Shown piece after piece: positions 20,207 to 31,100 of a stretch of DNA of 64,000 bases (its first letter is position 1; each line of letters opens with the position of its first letter). The notes beneath the pieces are model-generated. The model did no database searches, was not told the DNA's origin, and saw only the letters and a list, made by a program, of their open reading frames with translations. Position numbers and translations under genes: made by a program. Source of the DNA: a virus; IMG/VR virus record IMGVR_UViG_3300009705_003007, positions 1 through 64,000 of that record. The stretch is one strand, 5' to 3'.

Positions 20207-23200
20207 TGAGCAGTCATGACACAGCATTTAAATGTAGTAAAGACCCAAAAACGAATGACACTAAATCAAAGTGTACAGACGCTGGAGGTAATTGGGATTC
20301 GTATAACTCAACATCAAGCGATTATACCACATTAGAATTGGGTATTTTTCAGCAAAGCTTTTTAGGCCTGTCCATTATGGACTGGAGTTCAAATCTAGGG
20401 TTTAACGGAAATGGATCAAGTTTAACCGTAAACTTAGTTAGAGATGAATTTAATACACGGTCGTTCTTAACACCCTCTGGAACTAGAGATGCTATAACGG
20501 AAGGTTATCATAGCTGGAACCCAGACGCTTTCCCAAAAGACATGTTAACTAAATACGGCATTGACACCTCGCCTGATGCTGAGCCGGGGAATTCCGAAGA
20601 CGGAATGGGGCTTATATATTCGCAGTTTGGAGATATAGCTCACATGCCAGATCCGGGAGAGCCTGTTTTCTTCCATTATTATAACGGCGCGGATTTGAAT
20701 TCAACTTGTGTTCTTGAGAGAAATTGTAACAAAGCGTTTTCATTTCCGGGAATATTAACCAAATACGAAAAGAGGTTTTCTACATCTGGATTAACCTATT
20801 CCGTAAACATAGCAGACCCCCGAACCATCTTGGAAAACACCATAGTTATCTTAAATGGGTATGCGTCTAGGGTTTCACCCAGTGATTACTATACGGTAGC
20901 AGATAGTCTACGAACATACGAAGATGGATGGAATGGATATTACAACATATTAAATGTCTATGGGTATTACGAACATCACGGCTTTAATAAATCCGATAGA
21001 ACAGAAGCTGGAATGATTTGGCTTAGTCCAGACAAAATATTTAATACAGATTGGGAATCCGAAAAATGTATGAAAAATGGCGCAGAACACGTAGTCACTG
21101 GAGCTGACTGCGCTGCGGATGGTGGCACCATTGAGAGCAATGGAGGTCAGCATATGTTTGGTATACTTCCGGCCTTGATGGAAATGACAGGCGGCACAAT
21201 TACAAGCTACCAAAATGATCAAGAGCCTTTTGGTGGCCCAATGACCTATTCTGTAGATAGTAGACACTTAGCTGAAAAAGCGCCTTTTGCAGAGATATAC
21301 GGAGAGGATGGATATGGTAGTAACCCTTACCGTTCTACACACAGGTATCTATTAGATCTAGGAGACTTCCTTAGTCTAAGTCCTTATGATCCAGAATGGG
21401 GAGTAGTAGAAGACTTAAATGGAACAGAAGGGTTTATACCAACGGATTATCGAGTTGCCGGAGACTCAATGTCTCTCCTTCAATTAATACAACAGGTTTG
21501 TGAAGTTGCGGCTTCTGATTTTTACGTAACTCTAGAACCAATAACGAAAAAACTAATTGAAAGAAATTATGTTTTACCGCAAGACTACGAAGCAATAAAA
21601 AATTATTCGGGCGTTATTAGAGTTGTTGTAGTTGCTAGAAACTCAACCATAACCAAAGATGCTTTGAGCGACGCTGTAGACCTGTCTCAAAAATTACCAC
21701 CAGAAGGCCCATTTGTAGACGTGGAAAATAATCCCACACTTGTTAGTTCAACTCTTGGGTATGAGTTTACTGATCCAGTAGAAGGTAAGATTTTATTGGG
21801 TGGGCCAAGAACAAGGGTTGTGGGCGTCACACCTATTGGAGATAGAAGACTTAGAAAAGAGCTATTCTATAACGACACATCACGCAAGTATTTAGATATG
21901 TCATCAAGAGCCTACAAATGTATGGATGATAATGACGTAGAAGTGCCGGGGATGGTAGATGATACGGCGTGTTTGAACGAAGATGCAACAAACACATGGG
22001 AAGAAGTTGACACAACAGAACAAAGTCCAGCACCAGTAGAGGGAACAGACTCTATATTAACAGAGTATTTACCGAATGTAGAATTGGATGGAGTTACCCT
22101 TACTCGTCAAGACATACCAGAAGACACTTTTTTAGATGGAACGACTTTTGGTTGGAACCCTTATGGAAAAGTTGGAGTAACTGACAAAGACCTTTTTCCA
22201 GATTTTGCACAAAACCTTCCTCCTGTTAGTAACGATAATTACATTCCTTGGTATTGGCCTCAAGACTATTCTGGCGACAAAAACGAAGAAGCAGACCCTT
22301 TCCAGTTTAATAGAGTTAATTCTTTGGAGCAATCAAATGCTGGGGATTGCGTTTTTTCTGGCAATACTCCAGAAAATTTTTATTGCAAAGCGGTGGATGA
22401 CGCTAACCAAGGCAGTCCAACAGAAGCGGAATGTGTAGCAGCTTCGTCAGATAACGTCTGGACAACAGCTCCCAGTAGCGAAGACGGTTGTGACGGAGCT
22501 GAAGGAGGCTGGACTGCTAAACAAGAATCGCTCAGTTCTGGTTATTTAGACATATTCCCATGCTGGGGATATATTGAATATGAACACACAGAAGGTGGCG
22601 CGTATAAGAATTTGCATGGAAGCTGTATAAAAACAGGAGAAGCTGGAGATGTTGGGGTTGAGGCAGCAGACAAGGAGGCTTGTGAAGCATTAGGTTTTGA
22701 TCATAAATGGGTTCCTGATCCTCCATCAGCCATTCAAGCAACCGATCCGCTTCTTGACATAGTAGATAATACTGTTCAGGGTAAACCAATTAAAGGTTTT
22801 ACTTGGGATGATGATCCCTACAGAGACTTTAATCCAGTAGAAGGTATTTTCAGTGGAATAGAATGGTGGAATCCGAGTATTGGAAACTGCGAAGACAAGT
22901 CTGGTGCTTTAGTGACAAAATGGGAGAATATGCCCAACATATGTGAATGTAATCCAGATAAGTCGGAGGCAGACTCAGACTGTGTGACAATAAGGGGTGG
23001 TGATAAAGGATTATATATATTCAGACCTCATTGCGTACCTTGGAGCGCCTGTCGTGGTAAAACAGGAGAGGATATATTAGACACCACCGGTGGTCTTGCT
23101 GGGTCAGGAAACAGTGTAGCTTCAACGTCTTATGGGTGTGAGTTTGGATGTTTTGATCTTAAAGTGGACAGCAACGGTGATCCATTGGATCCAGAAGAAC

Positions 23201-26200
23201 CAGCATCTTCTAATTCTAGATTAGTAGCCTATTATACAAAAGAGTTTACAGGAACAGGATCCACGCCTCGTACTTATAAAAAAGGAGAGAGCGCTAACAA
23301 AGATCATGATAAGTGGGCGTCAAACCTAAAAAACGGAACTGTTCAACTAGTGGCAAGCGCAGACGACTGTGTGAAAAGTGGAACATTCTTAGATCCTCCA
23401 GTAAACAGGGGTTCTTTTAGAACTTCTTCGAGTGGCGGAATCGCGGAGTCTGCTACGTGTGACATTAATGCTGCGGATAACCCCAGTCAAACGAAATGTG
23501 AACAATCACAATGTGAAGGAGATAGAGGTAAAACAAACGCTGAATGTACCGCAGCAGGCAAAACTTGGAAAAAGGGAAAATGGAAAGAAGGAGATGAAAA
23601 TGATTATGAGAGTGGTGGCGGTCTTTATTCACAGGAATGTACAGCTCTTAGTTTTAGAGAAGACTGGATGCATGGTTGTTATTCTACGACAGAGATTACG
23701 GGAGATATCCCGTATCCTGCTAACAGTCTAACTGATGCAGTATCACCCAAAGACTGTAGAATCAAATACCCTACAGCAAAATGGAGAAACATAAAAGAAA
23801 ACGAATACCCACCTCAAGGGCTTACAGACCCATTCACGGGTTTAGTATTAGAAAAAGAAGATATTCCAGTGCCGGGATATGTAAAGACAAGACAAAGACT
23901 AAAAGGTGAATGTCACATGTTCTCAGAAACCGAGAACGAGGAGACTGGCTCAATAGACTCGGAAGACGAAGGCTTACCAGAGAATCCAACCAATGACCCA
24001 AGAGAATGTATGGCACAAAGTACCGCAGCCACTGAGGATAACCTCGAAGCAAATGGCAAAATGGTCTATGGGCCTATAGACCTTAATACTGGAATAGGTC
24101 TACCTCTAAAATGTAGAACCTCAACCATTCCTATAGATTTAGGACAAGTTGATTATTATGGTGGCCCCAAGCCAGAACATAATGATCCCGGTGGTCAATT
24201 CCAAGATTTTCATTACGCGACAGTAACAGAATTGAGACATGCCGCAACTAGTAAAGAATCTTGGCTGATCTTTATGAAAGAACTTCAGCCATATTTACCC
24301 TGTCATATGTATCATCAAGACCCACAGCAGTCAAACGCTTGGGGTGATCATTGTCCAGCCAAAGATAATATTGTTATGAAAGGTGGTATGAGCGGATCTT
24401 ATGTAGACGCAGCAAATGCTTTAACTGGGTTTGAATCAAGAGGTGTTTCTGTACCTGAAACTAATCCTTCTCCCGCGAAAGCAAAAACGGTAACGGGTGA
24501 ACCATGTGGAGATGAAGCCCAAAGCGCCCTGATGACAAACTACGAAAAAACAAGCATGATGATAGATCTCGCTTTTAAAAAGGTTGCACATGTAGCCACG
24601 CAGTTCTACGGAAGGAAGTATTTGGTTCCGCTTCCTTATAATCCACCATCAACCATAACGTGTACAAACCCAAGCCATAAAGACAAAGAAGCGTGTGAAA
24701 ATCTAGGATTTGATTGGGGCGCACATGGCTTACAAAGCGAATGGTTCCACAAAATGGGCGTTGGGAGATGTGCAAACGGAACAAGTCCCGATAAATATCA
24801 TTGCCAAATAGTTTCAGGGGATATATGGATTGAACCCATTCAAGAAATTAACAGATGGGAAATTGCAACTTCCGCATGGCCCGGAGGAGATATAGAATTT
24901 AACTTTGGTAGCGCAGAAGGAAAAGCTATTAATACTGGCTATCCACAAAATATGAACTTTTGGACTGATGACGGGAATTTAAAATCCTTTGTTATATTCC
25001 CAGAAAAAGAATGGCAAAGATTCTCTGGAAATTCTGTGCCTGTAAGTTTTGCCTCTTTTGATGCAGAAACTTTTTACAAAACTCCATTTAACGCTGGCCC
25101 TCATGATAATTGGGGTGGCAAGGTGTATGTTCCTACGCAAGTAGACCCAAAAACACACTGGTTAACAGATAGACCTGACTGGGAGGTTCATCATGAACTT
25201 CAGTATAAAAAATATTTAGCTGGTAGCCCAATGGAGCTTCCTAAAGGTGGTGAAACCGCCGCCCAGCTGAAAAGTTTAGCAACGTTAGCCGTAGTTGGAT
25301 GCGAACCAACAGAGGAGATTTGTTCTAAGACTAAACCAGATGGTACTGCCTGTACAGACCAATCGTCATGCGAAGATGACACTAATGGGTGTGGTGGTAG
25401 TTGGCACCTTCCCACAGACACATCAAGAATATTAAAAGAAAGACCAGTTATAACAAAGGGAACAACTGGAGTATTTCCTCAAGAAAACATTACTGATTAC
25501 GCTGCATATAAACCATACGCAATGGTAACACTTCCGGCAACCGCTATTTATTCACACACGGATGAGTCTAAAAAATTACACGACTCTGTAGGTGGAGAGA
25601 AGAATCACATGTGTGTGCCTTTATTAAAAGCTAAAAATTCAAATAGCTTATTACAGGCATGGTTAATGGGTTGGGATCCTTTAAGTATAGCAAGACAAAA
25701 TGTTGTAGCTTGGGGTGCTAGAATAATGGCTAATAGTAGTGTTGGGCCTGACATGAAGAAGGGGTCTTTTGCGGGAGCCGCCTATAAACCTTGGCATGCA
25801 GCAGTTCCTCAACAAAGCAGACATTATAGATGGGGAGCTTGGGCCGCAGGTTGGGATTTTGGAAAACCCGACTTCCAAATAGATGAAGCATTACACCCAG
25901 CCGCTTTTGGAGGGGAAAAAGGAATGAATAAAGCTGCTATGGCGAGAATAAAATCTACAATTGGTAAAGCTCAAAATAGAACTCAAGAAACCGGTAGTAT
26001 TCAATTAACTGGAATACCAGCATACGCTTTTGGTACACAGTTAGTATACGACAACGCTGCTGGCGAAACAGTAAAAGGGCCATTTATTACAGATGTTAGT
26101 GTCCAGATAGGATCCGGAGGTTTAACAACAACCTACAACTTTACTACAAACAGAAAATTTGGAGATTTAACAAAAACATACGAAGATAGAATCAGAAAGA

Positions 26201-26286
26201 GTCAACGAGACCTTCTTGCTAATCTTGCGAGAACAGAAGAATCAATCAGAAGAACAAAACGAGGAATAGACCAATATCAAAAATAG
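20206..26286 (+). CDS. Putative tail tip/baseplate hub protein (2026 aa) with many Cys-Trp module inserts
   Basis: Hub-like termini (SSLTVNLVRD...FPGILTKY...YSVNIADPR and ETGSIQLTGIP...ITDVSVQIGSGGLTTTYNF) flank Cys-rich inserts. Start overlaps the upstream stop. Confidence 0.55.
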   Translation: MSSHDTAFKCSKDPKTNDTKSKCTDAGGNWDSYNSTSSDYTTLELGIFQQSFLGLSIMDWSSNLGFNGNGSSLTVNLVRDEFNTRSFLTPSGTRDAITEGYHSWNPDAFPKDMLTKYGIDTSPDAEPGNSEDGMGLIYSQFGDIAHMPDPGEPVFFHYYNGADLNSTCVLERNCNKAFSFPGILTKYEKRFSTSGLTYSVNIADPRTILENTIVILNGYASRVSPSDYYTVADSLRTYEDGWNGYYNILNVYGYYEHHGFNKSDRTEAGMIWLSPDKIFNTDWESEKCMKNGAEHVVTGADCAADGGTIESNGGQHMFGILPALMEMTGGTITSYQNDQEPFGGPMTYSVDSRHLAEKAPFAEIYGEDGYGSNPYRSTHRYLLDLGDFLSLSPYDPEWGVVEDLNGTEGFIPTDYRVAGDSMSLLQLIQQVCEVAASDFYVTLEPITKKLIERNYVLPQDYEAIKNYSGVIRVVVVARNSTITKDALSDAVDLSQKLPPEGPFVDVENNPTLVSSTLGYEFTDPVEGKILLGGPRTRVVGVTPIGDRRLRKELFYNDTSRKYLDMSSRAYKCMDDNDVEVPGMVDDTACLNEDATNTWEEVDTTEQSPAPVEGTDSILTEYLPNVELDGVTLTRQDIPEDTFLDGTTFGWNPYGKVGVTDKDLFPDFAQNLPPVSNDNYIPWYWPQDYSGDKNEEADPFQFNRVNSLEQSNAGDCVFSGNTPENFYCKAVDDANQGSPTEAECVAASSDNVWTTAPSSEDGCDGAEGGWTAKQESLSSGYLDIFPCWGYIEYEHTEGGAYKNLHGSCIKTGEAGDVGVEAADKEACEALGFDHKWVPDPPSAIQATDPLLDIVDNTVQGKPIKGFTWDDDPYRDFNPVEGIFSGIEWWNPSIGNCEDKSGALVTKWENMPNICECNPDKSEADSDCVTIRGGDKGLYIFRPHCVPWSACRGKTGEDILDTTGGLAGSGNSVASTSYGCEFGCFDLKVDSNGDPLDPEEPASSNSRLVAYYTKEFTGTGSTPRTYKKGESANKDHDKWASNLKNGTVQLVASADDCVKSGTFLDPPVNRGSFRTSSSGGIAESATCDINAADNPSQTKCEQSQCEGDRGKTNAECTAAGKTWKKGKWKEGDENDYESGGGLYSQECTALSFREDWMHGCYSTTEITGDIPYPANSLTDAVSPKDCRIKYPTAKWRNIKENEYPPQGLTDPFTGLVLEKEDIPVPGYVKTRQRLKGECHMFSETENEETGSIDSEDEGLPENPTNDPRECMAQSTAATEDNLEANGKMVYGPIDLNTGIGLPLKCRTSTIPIDLGQVDYYGGPKPEHNDPGGQFQDFHYATVTELRHAATSKESWLIFMKELQPYLPCHMYHQDPQQSNAWGDHCPAKDNIVMKGGMSGSYVDAANALTGFESRGVSVPETNPSPAKAKTVTGEPCGDEAQSALMTNYEKTSMMIDLAFKKVAHVATQFYGRKYLVPLPYNPPSTITCTNPSHKDKEACENLGFDWGAHGLQSEWFHKMGVGRCANGTSPDKYHCQIVSGDIWIEPIQEINRWEIATSAWPGGDIEFNFGSAEGKAINTGYPQNMNFWTDDGNLKSFVIFPEKEWQRFSGNSVPVSFASFDAETFYKTPFNAGPHDNWGGKVYVPTQVDPKTHWLTDRPDWEVHHELQYKKYLAGSPMELPKGGETAAQLKSLATLAVVGCEPTEEICSKTKPDGTACTDQSSCEDDTNGCGGSWHLPTDTSRILKERPVITKGTTGVFPQENITDYAAYKPYAMVTLPATAIYSHTDESKKLHDSVGGEKNHMCVPLLKAKNSNSLLQAWLMGWDPLSIARQNVVAWGARIMANSSVGPDMKKGSFAGAAYKPWHAAVPQQSRHYRWGAWAAGWDFGKPDFQIDEALHPAAFGGEKGMNKAAMARIKSTIGKAQNRTQETGSIQLTGIPAYAFGTQLVYDNAAGETVKGPFITDVSVQIGSGGLTTTYNFTTNRKFGDLTKTYEDRIRKSQRDLLANLARTEESIRRTKRGIDQYQK

Positions 26287-26296
26287 GTAAACAATA

Positions 26297-28111
26297 ATGG
26301 CTGGAAACGCAATACCATACGCAGGCCAAGGTGGCTCAGAAGATAGAGAAAAAACCGATCTGGCTGATTATAGCCACTTGATGTTATCGAGCGTGTATAA
26401 CATTACTGAAAATCTTGTTGCTAGAGATGGCTCAAATAAGGTTATGTTCTGGGATAATCACCCAGATTACGAAGGTGGGGAAATAAAAATAAGAGACTCA
26501 ACTGCAACAACCATGACAAGTCCAGCAGTTACTTACATGTCTCAATTTCCCGGAGATAGCTCTTGGGAGAAAGCTGCGGGTATGTCTTTGGATGGTTTGT
26601 TTGTGCCTTATGCAACAAACTTCAAAGTAAAAAATGATGGTGGTAAAGACGCAGATCTAAACAGACCATTAGATGACACCGGAATGCCAACTTTTGAAAG
26701 ACCTTATAGTTCAGCCCAATTAGACGTAGCCGAAGATAGAGTTCCTTTTAATGAAGTTGTAGGACATCCAGATTTAGGTATTAATGCCCCATCACCATCT
26801 TTTATTACGTCTGTGTCTTTAAACCCATTTGCTTCTGGTCATTACGTCGCTCGTCTTAATAAAAATGAAACTATCACTAACCCAAGTCAGGATGCTATTG
26901 GTGGTGGTTACGCAACAGATGTTCCAACATTAGCCGACGCACCAACAGATCAAACACATGTAGCAAGACCAGTAGGTCTTAGAGGGCCAATGGTAATGGC
27001 TGGTTGGGGTTATGACATATATGAATTGCCAGTCCCTAACCTTAGATTTGATGCTGAGTTTAGACATAATGATCCGGGATCTGCAAATTATGGAAGACAA
27101 CGATACGTGCCTACACCAATGCAGGCAAAAACAGCATCAGGTATGCAGAAAGACCACAAGCACTTTATACCAGTTCATATGAGAAGACCCGACCAGTGGA
27201 AGGTTGGCCCTATTGACTTAAGATGGGATCACCAAAGAAAAGTTTGGGCTGGTGGTAAACACAATGGAATATACTTATCAAAAGCTACTAAATGTATATT
27301 ACCACAAGCTGGTCTAGATGGGAATAATTCATTCAACTTTGGCGTTGGTGGAAACGTAAATGCACCGGGAAGGCTTTACAGAAACCCGTGTCCAACACAC
27401 GAATGCACACACACGTCCTATTTTCCAACAAGCATATACTATCCAGATATTGAAATATATGATCCAGAAGATCATAACTGGTGCGGTAGATGTAGAACTT
27501 TAGGACATCTAACAGCTTGTGCAGATTTTAAAGATGGCTGCTCTCCATTTTATGATGCACTTATACTAAGACCAATTGATGAAGTGGTTGGACAACCAAA
27601 CACTCTTACGGAATGTACTGATAAGTTTAGAAAAGTACAGGGTGGATCACCCGGACAAAGAAGGGCTGGAAACCCATGTCATGGATGGGGTTCTAGTTAT
27701 TTCGGAGAAAAAGAATTCATTAATAGGAAAATTGGTGAAGAGAAAACTTGGACACAACATGCAAAAGCTATGATGTACGAAAAGATATTTATAGAAAACC
27801 CTCTAGGCCAAGGTTTAATGGTAGGAGACGCGTTTTTCAGTTATGATACTGGTAAGAGAATAGTTTATGAATATGAGAGAATGGTTGATGCTAGCTGTGG
27901 GCAAACTGCCGGAACTACAGTAAAAGTAAAAGAAGCAATACCTGTTCATATTATATTACAAGGTGAGTTTTACGGAATGGAAATTATTTCGCACGCAGGT
28001 TGTGATAGAGGCGAAATGGCTGCTTGTTCTAAAAAATTCTTTGCTCAAGGCTTTGCCACAGCGGAAGACTGCGGGCCTGATGATGATTATCCACAAACAG
28101 CAGGACTATAA
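26297..28111 (+). CDS. Putative tail tip/spike-associated protein with Cys-rich C-half
   Basis: Follows the hub candidate; RPVGLRGPMVMAGWGYD and WKVGPIDLRWD core; paired Cys residues in the C-half. Confidence 0.45.
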   Translation: MAGNAIPYAGQGGSEDREKTDLADYSHLMLSSVYNITENLVARDGSNKVMFWDNHPDYEGGEIKIRDSTATTMTSPAVTYMSQFPGDSSWEKAAGMSLDGLFVPYATNFKVKNDGGKDADLNRPLDDTGMPTFERPYSSAQLDVAEDRVPFNEVVGHPDLGINAPSPSFITSVSLNPFASGHYVARLNKNETITNPSQDAIGGGYATDVPTLADAPTDQTHVARPVGLRGPMVMAGWGYDIYELPVPNLRFDAEFRHNDPGSANYGRQRYVPTPMQAKTASGMQKDHKHFIPVHMRRPDQWKVGPIDLRWDHQRKVWAGGKHNGIYLSKATKCILPQAGLDGNNSFNFGVGGNVNAPGRLYRNPCPTHECTHTSYFPTSIYYPDIEIYDPEDHNWCGRCRTLGHLTACADFKDGCSPFYDALILRPIDEVVGQPNTLTECTDKFRKVQGGSPGQRRAGNPCHGWGSSYFGEKEFINRKIGEEKTWTQHAKAMMYEKIFIENPLGQGLMVGDAFFSYDTGKRIVYEYERMVDASCGQTAGTTVKVKEAIPVHIILQGEFYGMEIISHAGCDRGEMAACSKKFFAQGFATAEDCGPDDDYPQTAGL

Positions 28112-31100
28112 TGGCAATAGGCGATCCTTGGGACACAAGTTATAACCCTCGTTATAACTACCCTCTTAAAAATCAACACACTGGTAAACCCGCATGGATG
28201 CCAGACGCTTCCGATGAAGTACCTCAAGATAACCCTCTTGCCCTAAAAGATAGAAGAAAGGGTAGATTCTGTACTGAGGGATGTGGCTGCATAGATACGT
28301 ATTGTAGTAATTTAGCAGGGGCTAGATGTACTCTTCCTCCTGAATTAGCTATTACCATAATGAGAACACCGGATGGTAGATACCAAGCTAGAAATGGTAT
28401 TGAAAATGGTGAAGGTGAAACCTATCATCTTAAATATTCTAACGGGTCTTGGAGAGGCAGTAGGTGCTGCTCTCATAACGCAGATGGATCTCTTAATTAT
28501 GCCTGCGACCCATGTAAAGTAAGCACACTTCCAAATGGAAAACCGTCCGAGTGTCACCACGCCAATAATAAATATAAAGAATTAGATAGCAATAAGCAGG
28601 TAGGAGATAATTTCACCCCAAGGGGTAAATATCACTATGACGCAGCTATGCATGGTGAGGCATGGCCAAGAAGGGGTGTAGACACTTGGTTAGTACCAGA
28701 TGGGTATAACGAAACCCTTCCTACCGATGGTACTGAAATGCTAAAGTCCTCGGAGAGAGTGGGAAGATATTCGGGTTGTTTTAATATAGACGGCTCATTA
28801 CAAGAGGTTGACGCAGCAGTTACCGATGATGCGTCATGTAAAGATTTACATGGGCCGAAGGCTTATTGGAATGAGTTTATACCTAGTTGGACAAACAATG
28901 ACGTAAAAGACAGGCAGTCTGTTGAAGATTTAATTGGTACTGAATTACAACAAACTCAATTTTCTAAGAATTCGACCTCTGCTCGCTTAAACATAAAAGC
29001 AGTAGAAAAAAGAATACGCATAGATAAAGAAAATTATCTTGTTGGTTATAGCATCCAAAATGGATCAGACGAAGATGTCGCTGAAAACATTGCAGATCCA
29101 CGTATTGCTTATTCAACTGTTGACTCTAGAGAAGGTGGATGTATAGAAGACGGGGCAGCACCAATAAAGAAGCGCCCTTGGTGTAGAAATGCAGGAACGG
29201 GAACAAGAATACGACAACAGTGTACCGACACACAGCATAAAAACAAAATAGACTGCGAAGATGCGGTTATTCCCGGTACTAGCGAAACGACTACATCAGA
29301 AATTTGGCTTTATGATGATAAGAGCGAGTGTCAAGGTTCTGGTTTTTGTTACCCACCTGAAGAAACAGGCGGTACTGGCGTAGCAGATTTATCCGTAGAA
29401 GCACTTAAGCCTCACTGTGTAACAAAAGCTTATTGTGAAGGAACGTCGGATAATTGTAGCCAATCAGTCGTTGATCCCGACACTGGGATAGGTAGAACCT
29501 GCGACACTAAAGACGATTGTGAAGCTCCGGTCTATGGAAATACTGGATGTGGTGGTTCGTGGCTTAACAATCCAGTACTTAATAAAGCAGATTGTATCGA
29601 CCTTGGGGAAAAATGGGTAGGAGAACAAGAATATACTCAGGGTTATTGTATTGATGAAATAGGACAAAGAGTTCCTTTAGATGTTCCGGCGGGAATGACA
29701 GAACAAGAATGTAGAGATTCCGATAAGGAAACATGGGTAGATCCCTCTAAAAGCAAAAAAGGTTGTGAGGAAGTTTTTCCAGAAGACGCTCCTAACGGAA
29801 CAGAATGGTCGCTTGGAAGTGAAAACAGTTGTGAGTCCCACAACAAAGGTAAAGATGCGCTTTGTAGAGACTCTGATGGTAATGTTATAGATGGTAGTTG
29901 TAGCTTAAGCTCCGACGAAAACAAAACACAGGAAGACTGCGTAGAATTATCTTGTTACGAAACTAGTAGCGGCGCAAAAGTTAGCAAATCAGAAGGCGAG
30001 TGTCTTGGCCCGATTTATTCTTGGAAAAAGGGGGTTTGGACTCCTTTTTCTAAAAAGAGTGTTTGTGAGGCAGCGGATGGAACGTGGTATAGTAATGTTT
30101 GGATGCCAAACGACTGGGTTGATTGGGAATATGAAAAAAGGTCTTGTTGCGGGGGAACCATTTTAGACGAAGCTCACCCATTTCACACTCCCCAGATTTC
30201 AGGAGGCGCTCGCAACACAAGAAAAAATACCGTGTGTTTCACTCCTTATTCAGAAGTGATTCTACATACGGATGCGATATCCGGCTTCATTGGAGATAGC
30301 CGAGGAGAAGGCTGTACCTCTATCGGAAATCAATTTGATAGGCAGTTATTCTTCCCAGATATTGAGAGCTATTGGACTGTCATAATTAGACCATGCAACT
30401 TCTGGGGTTCTTGCACAGAAGAAGGAAAAACAAGACCAGACCCTAGTGAATTAACAGGACAGCCTGATAATTACTTTGACACGACATGCGGAGAAGAAGT
30501 AGTTCTGTACCTTCCAGTAGATCAAATGTTAAATTGCTCTAACTTTAATCTAACACTGCAAAGTGAAGAACAATTGAGATCTGGATGGAAAGAGTCAGAA
30601 CCAATGTGGGATGAAAGAATGGGATCGTTTGAGTACGGAAACCCCGCAACCAACATTGCCGCAAAGGTTGGAATGAGTTCAGCTGTAACGGGAGCTGGAA
30701 ATATATCAGGAGGTTTCCCCGGAACGCCTTTTGGAACTCAGTACCCTGCGTGGTGTATGAATCCAGATGCAAATTTTGATGGAATAGCTGACGGACAAGC
30801 GTTTCAGGGATCAGCGAGTGGTCGGAATTTTTGTGATCAGTATGTTTATTATTCATCTGGTGCAGAAAAGAACCGACTTGCTAACGCTAAAGGGGCAGAA
30901 GTCCTTCACGGTTTTAATATACAACCACAACCCTTCAAAGCTACCGAAGAAAAGCAAAACAGAGCTAAGTCTTTCGAACAAGCCCTTAATGATAAAGCGT
31001 ATTGGCAAAAGTGCGTGGGTCATATAATGGGAGACTATGGCGGTGGTGGTCATTGGTTTTGGAATTATGGCGTAGATTATTTCATGTATTATGATTTTGT